NCBI GenBank assembly: GCA_963783375.1
Contig: CAWANH010000029.1
Location: 96,001 to 160,000, forward strand
Length of the DNA: 64,000 nt
Source of the DNA: Candidatus Eiseniibacteriota bacterium
Lineage (GTDB): Bacteria > Eisenbacteria > RBG-16-71-46 > JABDJR01
Direction: 5' to 3'
Positions 8,274 to 19,153 of the stretch are shown here, piece by piece. How positions within the stretch are numbered: position 1 is the stretch's first letter; each line of letters starts with the position of its first letter. The translations under genes and the position numbers were made by a program. The notes under the pieces were generated by a model. It was not told where the DNA came from. It was given only the letters and a program-made list of their open reading frames with translations, and did no database searches.

Positions 8274-10682
8274 ATGACGGCCGGTCCCGGACGCCGATTC
8301 CATTACACGCTCTCTGCGTTGGGCCTGGCGGCGTATCTCTGGGCGTTTCAGGCTCAGATCGGCCTTGCCCGGCTCCCCTTGGGATTTCCCCCCGCCGCGG
8401 CGGGCTACCCGGCGAGCTTCCAGGGTGTCCCGGCAGCGACTCGCGAGGAGGTCCGCTTCCTGGCCGAAGGGTTTCCCCCCGGTACGACGGTGACCCTGGT
8501 CGACTCGAAGGACCGGACGTGGATCACGTCCCTTCCCGCCGCCTTCTCCCGAACCTATCTCGTCATCACGCTGGTGAGCGGGCTCTTCTTCTGGGGGGTG
8601 AGCGCCTTCGTCTTCGCCTCCCGGGCGGCGGACCCCACCGTGCGCGACTTCTTCTGGTGCACGTTTCTCTACGGACTGACCGTTCTGGCCGGGGGCGTGT
8701 ACTTCGCGTTTCATCCCGGCCCCGGGGTGCTGGCCCGGAGCTGCATCGAGCTGGCCGGCCTGGCCGCGCTCCCGGTGATCTTCGTGCACCTCACCCTAAG
8801 CTTCCCCCATCGCCACCGGTTCCTGGATCGAAGGCGCTGGGTGATGCCGGCGCTCTGGCTCGCCGCCGCCGCGGTCTTCGCCGGGCAGGCGCTCGCGTTC
8901 CTGGGCTACTACCGGAACCCCGGCCCGGCGGCGGCCCGGTTCCTCGCCCTACCCCAGAAGGCGGCGGATCTGCTTCTGGTGGCCGAGGTGGCTGCGGGGG
9001 TGGCGATCCTCTTCGCCCGGAGCCGGGGCCTGGTGCTCACCCGGGAACGCCAGCAGACGAAGTGGCTCCTGTGGGGGTTCACCCTGGGGGTCACACCCTA
9101 CGTGTTCCTGCGCACCTTCCCGGCTCTCCTGGGTTTCCGTCCTCCCTTGAGCGCGGAGTTCGACCGCGTGTTCGAGCTGGCCATTCCGGTGGCTTTCGTC
9201 TTCGCGGTGGCGCGCTATCGCTTTCTCGACATCGACATCGTGATCCGGAGGAGTCTCATCTACGGGATCCTCGCCGCGGGGGCGGCGGCCCTGGTGCTTC
9301 CCTTCGTGTACCTGGCCCACCGACAGGTCGAGACCCTGGCTCCGCGACTCGAGTGGCTCGTGCTCATGGGGTTCGGCGCCCTGGCCGGCATTCTCTTCTT
9401 TCCCCTTCGCCGGATCATCGGCCGGTGGGTGGATCGCACCGTGTTCAAGATCAGCCACAACTACCGCCAGCGCCTGGCCGCGTTCGAGCCGGTGCTCCTG
9501 GAAGCGGCCAGCCCCGAGGAACTGGCCGGGGAGCTGGTGGAGTTCCTCCGCGACACCCTCGGCGCGGGGGCGGTGGGGGTGTTCATGGAGGGGGTGGATG
9601 CTCCGGCGGCGGTGGGGGATCTGCCGGCCGGCGCGGCCGCGGCGGCGAACCGTCTCGCCGAGGCCTCGGAGCCCGCGCGAAGGACCTGGGCCGCCCCCGG
9701 CGCCACCAGTCTCCCCGAGACCGAAACCCCCGAGTTTCCGGCGGACCTGGCCGAATCGGGCGCGGTCCTGATCCGGGCGCTGGAACGGGGAGGGGCGCGC
9801 TTCGGCTGGATCGTTCTCGGCCGGCGGGTGAACGAGCGGTGCTACGTGGAGACCGACCTGGCCGCCCTGGATCGCACCGCCGAGGCGGCGTCGGCGGCCC
9901 TGGAGCGTCTGCGCCTGGTCCGGCGGGCGGCGGAAGAGGCCTCGGCCCGGGAGCGGCTGGACCAGCTCGACCGGATGAAGAACGACTTCCTCTCCCGGGT
10001 CGCCCACGATCTCCGCACCCCGCTCACCTCCATCACCTGGTCCACCGAGAACCTGCTGGACGGGGTGACCGGCGCCCTCACCCCCACCCAGGTCGATTAC
10101 CTGGAGTCCATCCGGGCCTCCGGCGGACACCTGAACCGCCTGGTGACCAATCTCCTGGAGATCGCCCGGCTGGAAGCCGGGGAGCCGGCGTTCACTCCGG
10201 AGCCGGTGGATGCGGCGCGGGCGGCGCGCGAGGCGGCGGCGGCGCTCCGGGGCGCCGCCGGGGAGAAGGAGGTCGGGATCCGGGTGGAGGTCGCTTCCGA
10301 TCTTCCCCGGGTGCTCGCGGATCCTCACAAGCTGTTCGGGATCCTGATGAACCTCATCGACAACGCGGTCAAGTACACGCCTCCGGGGACCGCCGTGGAG
10401 GTGCAACTCGAACGCGATCCCTCCGGCGGCGTCCGCCTCGGCGTCCGCGATCAGGGAGCCGGCCTGGGCCCGGGGCCGCCGGAGCGGCTCTTCGAACGCT
10501 TCCAGCAGGGGTCGCCGAGCCCCCACGCCTCCCGGAAGGGCTTCGGTCTGGGCCTCTACATCGCCAGGTCCTATGCCGACTTCATGGGAGCCCGGCTCGC
10601 CGCGGGCGACCACCCCGAAGGCGGCGCGCTCTTCACCTGCGTGCTTCCCCCGGCGCGCGAACCCGACGAGGTGACCGCATGA
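8274..10682 (+). CDS. multi-TM sensor histidine kinase (TM region, GAF-like, HisKA, HATPase)
   Basis: Many hydrophobic helices; H-box VAHDLRTPLTSI; N-box NLIDNAVKY; G1 DQGAG; G2 GFGLGL. Confidence 0.92.
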   Translation: MTAGPGRRFHYTLSALGLAAYLWAFQAQIGLARLPLGFPPAAAGYPASFQGVPAATREEVRFLAEGFPPGTTVTLVDSKDRTWITSLPAAFSRTYLVITLVSGLFFWGVSAFVFASRAADPTVRDFFWCTFLYGLTVLAGGVYFAFHPGPGVLARSCIELAGLAALPVIFVHLTLSFPHRHRFLDRRRWVMPALWLAAAAVFAGQALAFLGYYRNPGPAAARFLALPQKAADLLLVAEVAAGVAILFARSRGLVLTRERQQTKWLLWGFTLGVTPYVFLRTFPALLGFRPPLSAEFDRVFELAIPVAFVFAVARYRFLDIDIVIRRSLIYGILAAGAAALVLPFVYLAHRQVETLAPRLEWLVLMGFGALAGILFFPLRRIIGRWVDRTVFKISHNYRQRLAAFEPVLLEAASPEELAGELVEFLRDTLGAGAVGVFMEGVDAPAAVGDLPAGAAAAANRLAEASEPARRTWAAPGATSLPETETPEFPADLAESGAVLIRALERGGARFGWIVLGRRVNERCYVETDLAALDRTAEAASAALERLRLVRRAAEEASARERLDQLDRMKNDFLSRVAHDLRTPLTSITWSTENLLDGVTGALTPTQVDYLESIRASGGHLNRLVTNLLEIARLEAGEPAFTPEPVDAARAAREAAAALRGAAGEKEVGIRVEVASDLPRVLADPHKLFGILMNLIDNAVKYTPPGTAVEVQLERDPSGGVRLGVRDQGAGLGPGPPERLFERFQQGSPSPHASRKGFGLGLYIARSYADFMGARLAAGDHPEGGALFTCVLPPAREPDEVTA

Positions 10683-12031
10683 AAGCCGACGTGCTGATCG
10701 TGGACGACGACGAGGGGCTTCGCCGCGCCCTCCTCGACCGCTTTCGCTTCTGGGGGCACGAGGCCCTGGCGGTTTCCGGGGGCGAGGAGGCCCTGGCCGC
10801 CGCCCGCGACAGGGCGTTCGACCTGGTCCTTCTGGACCTGGCCATGCCCGGCATGTCCGGACTCACCGTGCTCGAGCGCCTGCGGGAATCGGGGTGCAGC
10901 GCCGACGTGGTGGTGCTGACCGCCCACGGTTCGGTGGAGAAGGCGGTGGAAGCGATCAAGAAGGGGGCGGACGAGTTCCTGATCAAGCCCGCCGACTTCG
11001 AGGTGCTGCGGAAGTTCCTGGATCGCGCCCTGGAGAAGCGCCGCCTCCAGCGCGTGAACCGGGCCCTGGCCGACCATCTCACCGAAGCCGCGCCGCGGAT
11101 CCTGAGCGGGAGCGCGGTCATGGCCCGGCTCCTGGAGACCGCGGACCGCGCCGCCGCCTCCGACGCCACCGTGCTCGTGGTGGGGGAGAGCGGCACCGGG
11201 AAGCAGGTCCTGGCCGAGCACATCCACGCCCGGAGCCCGCGGAGCGATGGGCCGTTCATCTACGTCAACTGCGTGGCCATCTCCGACGAGCTCATTGAGT
11301 CCACCCTGTTCGGGCACGAGAAGGGGGCGTTCACCGGGGCGGTGAACCGGAAAGAGGGACGCCTGGAGGCGGCGGGTGGGGGGACCGCGTTTCTCGACGA
11401 GATCGGGGACATCAGCCCGAGGCTCCAGACCAAGCTCCTCCATTTCCTGGAGTCGGGGGAGTTCGAACGGGTGGGGGGGAGCCGGACCTTGAACGTGGAC
11501 TGCCGCGTCCTCGCCGCCACCGGGAAGGACCTCACGACCGAGGTGCGGGAGGGCCGGTTCCGGGAGGACCTGTACTACCGGCTGAACGTGATCCGGCTGG
11601 AGCTCCCGCCGCTCCGCGACCGCCGGGAGGACGTGCCCATCCTGGCCGAGGCGTTCCTCGCCCGGTTCGGCCGGGAGCTGAAGCGCGAGGGGCTGTGCTT
11701 CGTCCCCCGCACCCTGGACGTCCTCCGGCAATACGCATGGCCCGGCAACGTCCGCCAGCTCAAGAACGCGGTGGAGCGGATGGCGGTGCTGGCCCGGGAG
11801 AGCGAGCTCACCCCCGATCTCCTTCCCCCCGAGATCCTCCACCGCGCGGAGGACGGATCCGGAGACGCGGAGGACCTTCCCTACCGGGAGGCCCTGAACG
11901 CGTTCAAGCGCCGGCTGGTTCGGCGCACCCTGGCCCGGACCGGGGGCAACCAGACCAAGGCCGCGGAGCTCCTCGGGCTCCAGCGGACCTATCTCAACAA
12001 GCTCATCAAGGACCTGGACATCCAGGCGTAG
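10679..12031 (+). CDS. NtrC/AtoC-family sigma54-dependent response regulator
   Basis: REC domain (LIVDDD, DLAMPG); Walker A GESGTGK; GAFTGA loop; FLDEIG; WPGNVRQL; Fis-type [15 protein letters not shown]; ATGA overlap with the kinase. Confidence 0.95.
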   Translation: MKADVLIVDDDEGLRRALLDRFRFWGHEALAVSGGEEALAAARDRAFDLVLLDLAMPGMSGLTVLERLRESGCSADVVVLTAHGSVEKAVEAIKKGADEFLIKPADFEVLRKFLDRALEKRRLQRVNRALADHLTEAAPRILSGSAVMARLLETADRAAASDATVLVVGESGTGKQVLAEHIHARSPRSDGPFIYVNCVAISDELIESTLFGHEKGAFTGAVNRKEGRLEAAGGGTAFLDEIGDISPRLQTKLLHFLESGEFERVGGSRTLNVDCRVLAATGKDLTTEVREGRFREDLYYRLNVIRLELPPLRDRREDVPILAEAFLARFGRELKREGLCFVPRTLDVLRQYAWPGNVRQLKNAVERMAVLARESELTPDLLPPEILHRAEDGSGDAEDLPYREALNAFKRRLVRRTLARTGGNQTKAAELLGLQRTYLNKLIKDLDIQA

Positions 12032-12078
12032 CCCGGGCGGCCGGCCGGGGAGCCGTCTCCGGCCCCCCGGCCCGCGGT

Positions 12079-13186
12079 TCACGACGGGTCGCTCAGACAG
12101 TGGACCTGGCTTCGCCAGCGCTCCTGGCCGTGGTTTCCCACCTGGAGCCGGCTCAGGAAGAGCTCCGTCCCCCCCCTTCCGGGGCCACCCGCCGGTCGAT
12201 CGCGGTCACCCGGAAGTTCCCGGTCTCCCAGAGGCCGTTCTGGGATCCGGTGACCCGGAGGGTGAAGGGTTCGCCGACCGGGGCCGGCGGGTTCCGGGTC
12301 ACGTCCACCGGGGTGGCCAGGAGCATTCCCGAGTACCCGTTGTGGTAGGAGTAGCTCCCGTCCGCGGTCACGGTCACCGCTCCGGTGAATTCCAGCGGAC
12401 CGGAGAGCATGAAGTATTCGTACCCCGACTCGTTGCAGAACGGCTTGGGGACGAGCTGTCCGAAGGGCGTGTTGAACGAGTAGCTCGTGGTGCCCTCCGC
12501 GATCGGCGCCTCCAGGGCCAGGCTCAGCACCGTGGCCCGCCCGTCGTTCATGATCCCCACCGGCTCGGTGACCTGGCCCGCGGGCCCGCCGAAGATCTGC
12601 TTCAGCCCCTCGGGGAGCAGGTTGTAGATCATCGGGTCGATGGCGCGGTAGGTCGGCCCGGCGTTGATCGGGTTCGTGACCATGACCGGCGCGCCCGGGT
12701 CGAGAAGGCCGGGCCGCAAGAGGTCGAGCACCACCATCTGCTCGGCCAGCTCCCAGCTCAGGGGCTGGTGGTTGGAGGTCCCCGGAATCAGGAACTCGAA
12801 GTGGGCCGCACCCAGGGTGATCGCCCCGCCGTCCCCCCACGGGATCCCGGTGGAGAAGAGGCGGAGGTGGATGCGGAGCGGCTGGTAGTCCCCGAGCTGG
12901 AGCTGGACCACGCTCCCCGTCCACCCCGCGCTCTCGACCCACGTGGTCTGGACGTCGCCGACCGCGTCGGACCAGACCGCGTTGAAGGGATCGATGGGGA
13001 GCGAGAAGGGGAGGGGATAGCTCTGGCGGTTCCCGTCCAGAGCCAGGAGCGCGGCCCGGATGCGGACCGGGTCGGCCTTTCCCACGAACACCAGGTCGAT
13101 GGGATCGACCTTCACCGTGTCCAGGGAGGCGCTGGTATAGGGCCAGAGGTCGAGGGACGTCCCCGGGCCCCCCGCGGACGAATCAT
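12079..13186 (-). CDS. hypothetical protein, possibly LssY C-terminal-like; two apparent frameshifts in G runs and possibly 5'-truncated
   Basis: Core ORF 12153-13115 (DPIDLVFVG, RIHLRLF, LGAAHFE, NDG) extends upstream in frame to GTSLDLWPYT. Adding one G at 13168-13173 joins ATG 13186. Adding one G at 12169-12176 extends the C-terminus to ...TELFLSRLQVG...HCLSDPS* (12079), giving 369 aa. Confidence 0.6.
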
Positions 13187-13197
13187 GGAAGCGTCAA

Positions 13198-13213
13198 TTC
13201 AAGCTTCGTGCCG
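13198..13213 (-). promoter_or_regulatory. sigma54 -24/-12-like promoter
   Basis: Minus strand CGGCACG-aagc-TTGAA against consensus TGGCACG-N4-TTGCW, with correct GG-N10-G spacing. Confidence 0.6.
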
Positions 13214-13311
13214 AAGAATGGATCCGGACCCGTCGATCGTGAAACCCGGTCCGGCGCAGGGGCTTCTCGCTCGCCGACCGGTTCGGTCGGGGGAGTGCCG
13301 GACGCGACGCG

Positions 13312-13331
13312 CTGTACCGCCATGCGTACAG
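13312..13331. promoter_or_regulatory. palindromic upstream activator site candidate (TGT-N12-ACA)
   Basis: CTGTAC-cgccatgc-GTACAG, about 100 bp upstream of the sigma54-like promoter. Confidence 0.5.
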
Positions 13332-13344
13332 TCCGCGACCGGGG

Positions 13345-15336
13345 TCAGTTTTCCTCCAGGAGCTTCCGCACCTCGTCCGCGGTCTCGCCCTCCGGAGCAA
13401 GCTTCAGGTAGGCCCTGAAGTGTTCCTCCGCCTCTTCGGGGCGCCCCGCCCGCTGCGCGGCCAGGCCCAGGTTGAAACGGACGGCGGGATCGTCGGGCCT
13501 TTGATCGGCCAGGGCTCGAAGGAAGGGCAACGCCGCCCCCGGTTCCCCGTGGTGGAGGTGCCAATCGGCGAGGTGGGTGAGGGCGGCGGGGTCGGCCGCG
13601 TCCAGCTCGTGGACCGCCTCCCACTCCTTCCGGGCCTCCGCATCGCCCCCCGAGGCCTCGGCGAGGAGCGCCAGCTCCCGGTGGGCCTCGATATGGCGGG
13701 GATCGCGCGCGAGGCACGCGCGAAAGTCGGCCCGCGCTCCCGCCGTGTCCCCGGCCAGGCGCTCCCGGGCCAGGCCCCGGACGTACCAGGCCTCGGCCAG
13801 GTCGGGGTTCCGGGTGAGGACGGAGTCGAGGAGCGCGGTTCCCGGCCCGGCCTTGCCCGCCTCGAGCAGGGTCTGGGCGCGAAGCAGCAGGGTCTTCGAT
13901 ACCTGGAGCCGGGTCCACCGGGGGAGTTCGTCTTCGGGGTCCGGGACCGCGGCGTCCGTTGCCGGTCCGGCGTCCGTCGCCCCCACGTATCCGAGGCTCC
14001 GGAGCATCTCCCGCCGCTCGGGGTCCGCGCCTCCCGCCGCCCGGGCGAGGACCGCGTCGGGGGGATCGGTTTCGGTGATCGCGTCCAGGAAGCGCCGGAG
14101 CCGGTCCGCCTCCGGCGCGTCGGCGACCGGATGGACTTCCCCGGGATCGGCGGCCAGGTCGTAGAACCGATCCTCATTCCCGCGTACCAGCTTCCACCCG
14201 CCGAGCCGCGCGGCGCGAAGCTCCTTCCAGCGATAGGAGACCCGGGTGCGGAAGGTCTCGGCGTACTCGATCGGGGGATCGGGATCGGGGCGATTCCAGG
14301 CCAGCGTCCGTCCGTCCGGCGGCGGGCCCCCGTCGGCCAGGCGGAAGGTCCGCGCCAGGGTGGGCTCCAGGTCGACGAGGCTCACCAGGTCGTTCCGCAC
14401 CGCGCCCTCCGGCACCCCGGGCCCGGTTGCGATGAGCGGGACGTGCAGCGTGGACTGGTAGAGGAGGAAGCCGTGCTGGGGCTCGCCGTGCTCTCCCTGG
14501 GACTCCCCGTGGTCGGCGGTCACCACCACCAGGACGCCGGCGCGCTTTCGCACCTCGGCCAGGAGCCGCCCGATCTCCGCGTCCACGAACGAGATCTCGC
14601 CGTCGTAGGGGCTTCCGGGGTGCATGGCGGCGTAGGCCGGCGGCGGATCGTAGACCATGTGGACGTCGAAGTAGTGGACGAAGAGGAAGAACTTCCGGTC
14701 GCCGAAGCGGGTGAGTTCCTTCAGGGCCAGGTCGGTGACGGTGTCCGCGCGCCGGCGGGTGGCGGCGAACTCCGGGGCTTCCTTGTGGTAGACCGGGTCG
14801 TAGACCGGGTACGGCCCGTGGAAGTCGGCATCGTAGGTCTTGAATCCCCGGTCGAGGCCCCGGTCGGGGTTCAACACCGCCGAGGCCACCACCGCCCCCG
14901 TTCGCCATCCCCGGTCCCGGAAACGCTCGGCCAGGGTGGTCTGGTCCGGCTGGAGCACGAAAGCGTCGTTGTCCCGCACCCCGTGATGGAACGGCAGCCT
15001 TCCGGTCAGAATGCTGGACACCGCGGGCAGGGTCACCGGGACGGGGGTCATGGCATCGGCGAAGCGGGTGCCCGCCGCGGCCAGGGAGTCCAGGGTGGGG
15101 GTGACCGCGGGGGCGTACCCGTAGGAACCCAGCCGGTCCCCGCGCAGGGTGTCGATCACGATCAGGACGAGGCTCCGGGGGGCGTCCTTCGGCCGGCCGG
15201 GGGCGCAGGAGAGCGCCGCGCCGGCGGCGAGGGCGAGGAGCGCCGCCAGGGCGACGATGCGCACCGCGGGACCGCGGGAGGGGGGCAACCCCGTGTTCCC
15301 GGCGGTCACCTCGAGGAAATGGGTTCCCGATCTCAC
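13345..15336 (-). CDS. sulfatase-like hydrolase/transferase lipoprotein with C-terminal TPR repeats
   Basis: Lipobox ALSC; LIVIDTLRGDRLGSYG; TLPAVSSILTG; VHYFDVH; YDGEISFVD; TADHGE..GEH; LHVPLI; LRSLGY followed by TPRs. Start uncertain (GTG overlapping the folA stop, or later). Confidence 0.85.
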   Translation of the reverse strand: MRSGTHFLEVTAGNTGLPPSRGPAVRIVALAALLALAAGAALSCAPGRPKDAPRSLVLIVIDTLRGDRLGSYGYAPAVTPTLDSLAAAGTRFADAMTPVPVTLPAVSSILTGRLPFHHGVRDNDAFVLQPDQTTLAERFRDRGWRTGAVVASAVLNPDRGLDRGFKTYDADFHGPYPVYDPVYHKEAPEFAATRRRADTVTDLALKELTRFGDRKFFLFVHYFDVHMVYDPPPAYAAMHPGSPYDGEISFVDAEIGRLLAEVRKRAGVLVVVTADHGESQGEHGEPQHGFLLYQSTLHVPLIATGPGVPEGAVRNDLVSLVDLEPTLARTFRLADGGPPPDGRTLAWNRPDPDPPIEYAETFRTRVSYRWKELRAARLGGWKLVRGNEDRFYDLAADPGEVHPVADAPEADRLRRFLDAITETDPPDAVLARAAGGADPERREMLRSLGYVGATDAGPATDAAVPDPEDELPRWTRLQVSKTLLLRAQTLLEAGKAGPGTALLDSVLTRNPDLAEAWYVRGLARERLAGDTAGARADFRACLARDPRHIEAHRELALLAEASGGDAEARKEWEAVHELDAADPAALTHLADWHLHHGEPGAALPFLRALADQRPDDPAVRFNLGLAAQRAGRPEEAEEHFRAYLKLAPEGETADEVRKLLEEN

Positions 15337-15842
15337 CGGGTTTCCCGACCGGTCCTGCCCGTCCGCTCGTACACCCGAAAACTGAACGCGTGGTCGTGGC
15401 GGGAGTCCGCCTCGCGCCGGTCCTCGGAAACCAGCGTCCAGGCTCCCGGATCGAGCGCCGGAAAGGTCACGTCCCCCTCGACCGTCGCGTGGACCCGGGT
15501 GAGATACAACCGGTCCGCCCGCGGCATCGCCTCGGCGTAGAGCATCGCCCCGCCGATCACGAAGACCTCGTCCTCGCCGGCGCAGAGGGCCAGCGCCTCG
15601 TCCAGGGAAGCGAACACCTCCGCCCCCTCTGCCGCGTACCCCGGGGTGCGGCTCACCACCAGGTTCCGCCGGCCGGGGAGAGGCCGGCCGATCGACTCCC
15701 AGGTCTTCCTCCCCATGATGACCGGATGCCCCACGGTGAGCCGCTTGAACCGCTTCAGGTCCTCGGAGAGATGCCAGGGGAGCTTCCCCGCCCGGCCGAT
15801 GACGCCGTTCTCCGCCGCCGCCACGATCAGGGAGACGATCAC
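15333..15842 (-). CDS. folA: dihydrofolate reductase
   Basis: [60 protein letters not shown]; GTG overlaps the thyA stop. Confidence 0.95.
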   Translation of the reverse strand: MIVSLIVAAAENGVIGRAGKLPWHLSEDLKRFKRLTVGHPVIMGRKTWESIGRPLPGRRNLVVSRTPGYAAEGAEVFASLDEALALCAGEDEVFVIGGAMLYAEAMPRADRLYLTRVHATVEGDVTFPALDPGAWTLVSEDRREADSRHDHAFSFRVYERTGRTGRETR

Positions 15843-16633
15843 ACCGAGACCTCGGCCTTGATGTGGGGATGGGGATCGTAGGCCTCGATCGCGATGTCCT
15901 CGTACCGGAACGCGAAGAGATCCCGCACCTCGGGGTTCAGCGCCAGCCGGGGGAGCGGCCGGGGCTCTCGGGTGAGCTGGAGGCGCGCCTGCTCCAGGTG
16001 GTTCCGGTAGAGGTGCGCGTCGCCGAAGGTGTGGACGAACTCCCCGGGCTCGAGTCCGGCGGCCTGGGCGGTCAGGTGGGTGAGGAGCGCGTAGGAGGCG
16101 ATGTTGAACGGAACCCCCAGGAACACGTCGCCGCTCCGCTGGTAGAGCTGGCAGGAGAGCCGGCCGCCGGCCACGTAGAACTGGAACAACGTATGGCAGG
16201 GGGGGAGCGCCATCTGCTCGATCTCGGCCGCGTTCCAGGCGGTCACCACGATGCGGCGGGAATTCGGATTTCGGCGGATCATCTCCACCGCGCGGGCCAT
16301 CTGGTCCACCACCCGGCCGTCGGCCCCGCGCCAGCGCCGCCACTGGACTCCGTAGACCGGACCCAGCTCGCCCTGGTCGTCGGCCCACTCGTCCCAGATG
16401 GAGACGTTGTTCTCCTTCAGGTACCGGATGTTGGACTCGCCGCTCAGGAGCCACAGCAGCTCGTGGACGATGGAGCGGGTGTGGAGGCGCTTGGTGGTGA
16501 GGAGCGGAAACCCCTCGGCCAGGTCGAAACGCATCTGGTGGCCGAAGACGCTCAGGGTGCCGGTCCCGGTCCGGTCGTCGCGGGCGGTCCCCTCCTCGAG
16601 GATCCGGCGCAACAGATCCAGGTACGGCCGCAA
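15839..16633 (-). CDS. thyA: thymidylate synthase
   Basis: [50 protein letters not shown]. Confidence 0.97.
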   Translation of the reverse strand: MRPYLDLLRRILEEGTARDDRTGTGTLSVFGHQMRFDLAEGFPLLTTKRLHTRSIVHELLWLLSGESNIRYLKENNVSIWDEWADDQGELGPVYGVQWRRWRGADGRVVDQMARAVEMIRRNPNSRRIVVTAWNAAEIEQMALPPCHTLFQFYVAGGRLSCQLYQRSGDVFLGVPFNIASYALLTHLTAQAAGLEPGEFVHTFGDAHLYRNHLEQARLQLTREPRPLPRLALNPEVRDLFAFRYEDIAIEAYDPHPHIKAEVSV

Positions 16634-16637
16634 TACG

Positions 16638-18671
16638 CTACCCGCGGCCGAGCCGGCGGCGCATGACCTGTGCGATGGCCTCGGGGGTGAACCCGAACTC
16701 CTCCTGGATCTTCTCCCAGGGGGCCGATGCCCCGAACCGTCGGATGGCCACGATCTCTCCGTCCAGGCCGGTGAAACGCTCCCAGCCGAAGGGGGCGGCC
16801 GCCTCCACCGCCATCCGGTTCGTCACCTCCGGGGCCAGGACCTCCCGCCGGTAGGCCTCGTCCTGCTCGAGGAAGATCTCCCAGGAGGGGACCGACACCA
16901 CGCGGATCCTCGCGCCGTCCTTCCGAAGCCGCGCCGCGGCCTCGATGGTCACGTGCACCTCGGAGCCGCTGGCGAAGGCGATCAGCTCCGGCGGTTCCTC
17001 GCCGTCGCTCACCACGTAGGCCCCGCGCGAGACGTCCCCCCGCGCCCCCAGCGCCGCGTAGTCCAGGACCGGTACGTTCTGGCGGGTCAACGACAGCGCC
17101 ACCGGACCCTTCCGCGCGATCGCCACCTCCCAGGCCTGGACCGTCTCCACCGCGTCGGCGGGGCGGATCACCGTCATGTGCGGGATGGCCCGGAGCGCGG
17201 CGAGCTGGGCGATCGGCTGGTGGGTGGGACCGTCCTCTCCCAGGAACACCGAGTCGTGGGTGAAGACGTAGATCACCGGCGCCTTCATGAGCGCGGCCAG
17301 CCGGAGCGAGGGCCGGAGGTAGTCCGAGAAGATCAAGAACGTGCCCCCGAAGGGCAGGAGCCCCCCGTGAAGGGCCATGCCGTTCATGACCGCGGCCATC
17401 CCGTGCTCGCGGACCCCGAAGTGGAAGTACCGCCCGCCGGGGGTTTCCGGAGAGAAGGCCACGTCGCCTTCGTTGTGGGTCTTGTTGGACGGCTCCAGGT
17501 CCGCGCTTCCCCCGATCAGCGCCGGGACCCGCGGCTTCAGCCACCCCAGGGCCTTTCCCGAGGCGGAGCGGGTGGCGATGCCCTTCCCGGCCTCGAAGGT
17601 CGGCCGGCCCTCGACGGGAACCGCGACCTCCCCGGCGAAGAGCGCGTCCCAGAGCGCGGCCTTCTCCGGGTGTTTCTCCCGCCACGCGCGGAACCCCGCC
17701 TCCCAGGCCTCGCGGGTCTTCAGGTGCCGTTGCCCGAGCGCCCGGAAATGCTCCCCGACGTCGTCGGGAACGTAGAAGGTCTTCTCCGGCGGCCAGCCGT
17801 AGGCTTCCTTGGTTCCGCGGATCTCCTCCTCGCCGAGGGGGGAGCCGTGGGCGTCGGAGGTGTCCTGCTTGGTGGGGGCTCCGAGCGCGATGTGGGTGCG
17901 GGCCACGATCAGGGACGGGCGTTCGGTCTCGTCGCGGGCCGCCTCCAGAGCCTTCTCCACCGCGGCCCGGTCGTGTCCGTCCACCCGCTGGACGTGCCAG
18001 CCGTAGGCCTCGTAGCGCTTCCCCTTGTCCTCGCCGTCGAAGGCCAGGGCGGTGGTGCCGTCGATGGTGATGTGGTTGTCGTCGTAGAGAACGGTGAGCT
18101 TTCCGAGCTTCCACTCGCCGGCCATCGACGCCGCCTCGGATTGCACCCCCTCCATGAGGTCGCCGTCCGAGGCGATGACCCAGGTGCGATGGTCGATCGC
18201 CCGGAAGTCGTCGGTGTTGAGCCGCGCGGCCAGGTGCGCCTCGGCCACCGCCATCCCCACCGCGCTGGAGAGCCCCTGGCCCAGGGGCCCGGTGGTGGTC
18301 TCGATCCCCGGGGTATGCCCGTGCTCGGGGTGCCCGGGGGTTCGGCTACCCCACTGGCGGAACTGCTTCAGGTCGTCGAGGGAGAGATCGTAGCCGGTCA
18401 GGTGAAGAAGGGCGTACTGGAGCATGCAGGCGTGACCCGCGCTCAGGACGAACCGGTCCCGGTCGGGCCAGTCCGGATGGCCGGGATCGAAGCGCAGGAA
18501 CCGCGACCACAGCACGTAGGCCATGTCCGCCATGCCCATGGGGGCGCCGGGGTGGCCGGAGTTCGCATTCTGCACCGCGTCCATGGCCAGGCAACGGATG
18601 GCGTTCACGCAGCGCTGCTCTAGATCCTGGGAGGCCAATTGCTGCTTCAAGGTCGGGCTCAGGGTCGGCAA
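16638..18671 (-). CDS. tkt: transketolase
   Basis: [54 protein letters not shown]. Confidence 0.97.
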   Translation of the reverse strand: MPTLSPTLKQQLASQDLEQRCVNAIRCLAMDAVQNANSGHPGAPMGMADMAYVLWSRFLRFDPGHPDWPDRDRFVLSAGHACMLQYALLHLTGYDLSLDDLKQFRQWGSRTPGHPEHGHTPGIETTTGPLGQGLSSAVGMAVAEAHLAARLNTDDFRAIDHRTWVIASDGDLMEGVQSEAASMAGEWKLGKLTVLYDDNHITIDGTTALAFDGEDKGKRYEAYGWHVQRVDGHDRAAVEKALEAARDETERPSLIVARTHIALGAPTKQDTSDAHGSPLGEEEIRGTKEAYGWPPEKTFYVPDDVGEHFRALGQRHLKTREAWEAGFRAWREKHPEKAALWDALFAGEVAVPVEGRPTFEAGKGIATRSASGKALGWLKPRVPALIGGSADLEPSNKTHNEGDVAFSPETPGGRYFHFGVREHGMAAVMNGMALHGGLLPFGGTFLIFSDYLRPSLRLAALMKAPVIYVFTHDSVFLGEDGPTHQPIAQLAALRAIPHMTVIRPADAVETVQAWEVAIARKGPVALSLTRQNVPVLDYAALGARGDVSRGAYVVSDGEEPPELIAFASGSEVHVTIEAAARLRKDGARIRVVSVPSWEIFLEQDEAYRREVLAPEVTNRMAVEAAAPFGWERFTGLDGEIVAIRRFGASAPWEKIQEEFGFTPEAIAQVMRRRLGRG

Positions 18672-18699
18672 GACGATCCCCCTTCAATTCATTCGGGAC

Positions 18700-18975
18700 C
18701 TACTTCTTGTAGTAATCCGTGTTGATCTTCAGCCACTTGGCCCACTCGTCCTCGCTCACCCCCTCGATGGGGGCGTCCTCGGGGCCGATCGCCGCCACCG
18801 GGCAGGCCGGCTCGCAGGCTCCGCAGTCGATGCACTCCTCGGGATCGATGTAGAGCATCTTGTCGGTCTCGAAGGAGGCCTCGTCCTTGCGGGGGTGGAT
18901 GCAGTCCACCGGACAGACGTCCACGCAGGCGGTGTCCTTGGTGTCGATGCACGGCTCTCCGATGATATAGGTCAT
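18700..18975 (-). CDS. fdxA: ferredoxin (7Fe, FdxA-like)
   Basis: MTYIIGEPCIDTKDTACVDVCPVDCIH...CIDCGACEPACPV; RBS AGAGG. Confidence 0.9.
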   Translation of the reverse strand: MTYIIGEPCIDTKDTACVDVCPVDCIHPRKDEASFETDKMLYIDPEECIDCGACEPACPVAAIGPEDAPIEGVSEDEWAKWLKINTDYYKK

Positions 18976-19153
18976 GTGCTTCCTCTTTTGGCCAGTGGGT
19001 TCAACCCATCCAGGATGTGCGCGCGACCCCGTTCCCGCGCCGCCCCTCCCGGGACCGGGGGAGCGACGACCCACGGGCCGCAACCGCAAACCGTACCATG
19101 GTAATGCGTGCCCTCGGCCCCCGGCAACTGCGGCAAGCGCGCCGGGGTGAGTC

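Noticed and set aside
18996-19017. Adjacent short palindromes TGGGTT-C-AACCCA and CATCC-A-GGATG upstream of the ferredoxin
   Set aside because: Too short to distinguish from chance, and not a recognisable riboswitch or operator.
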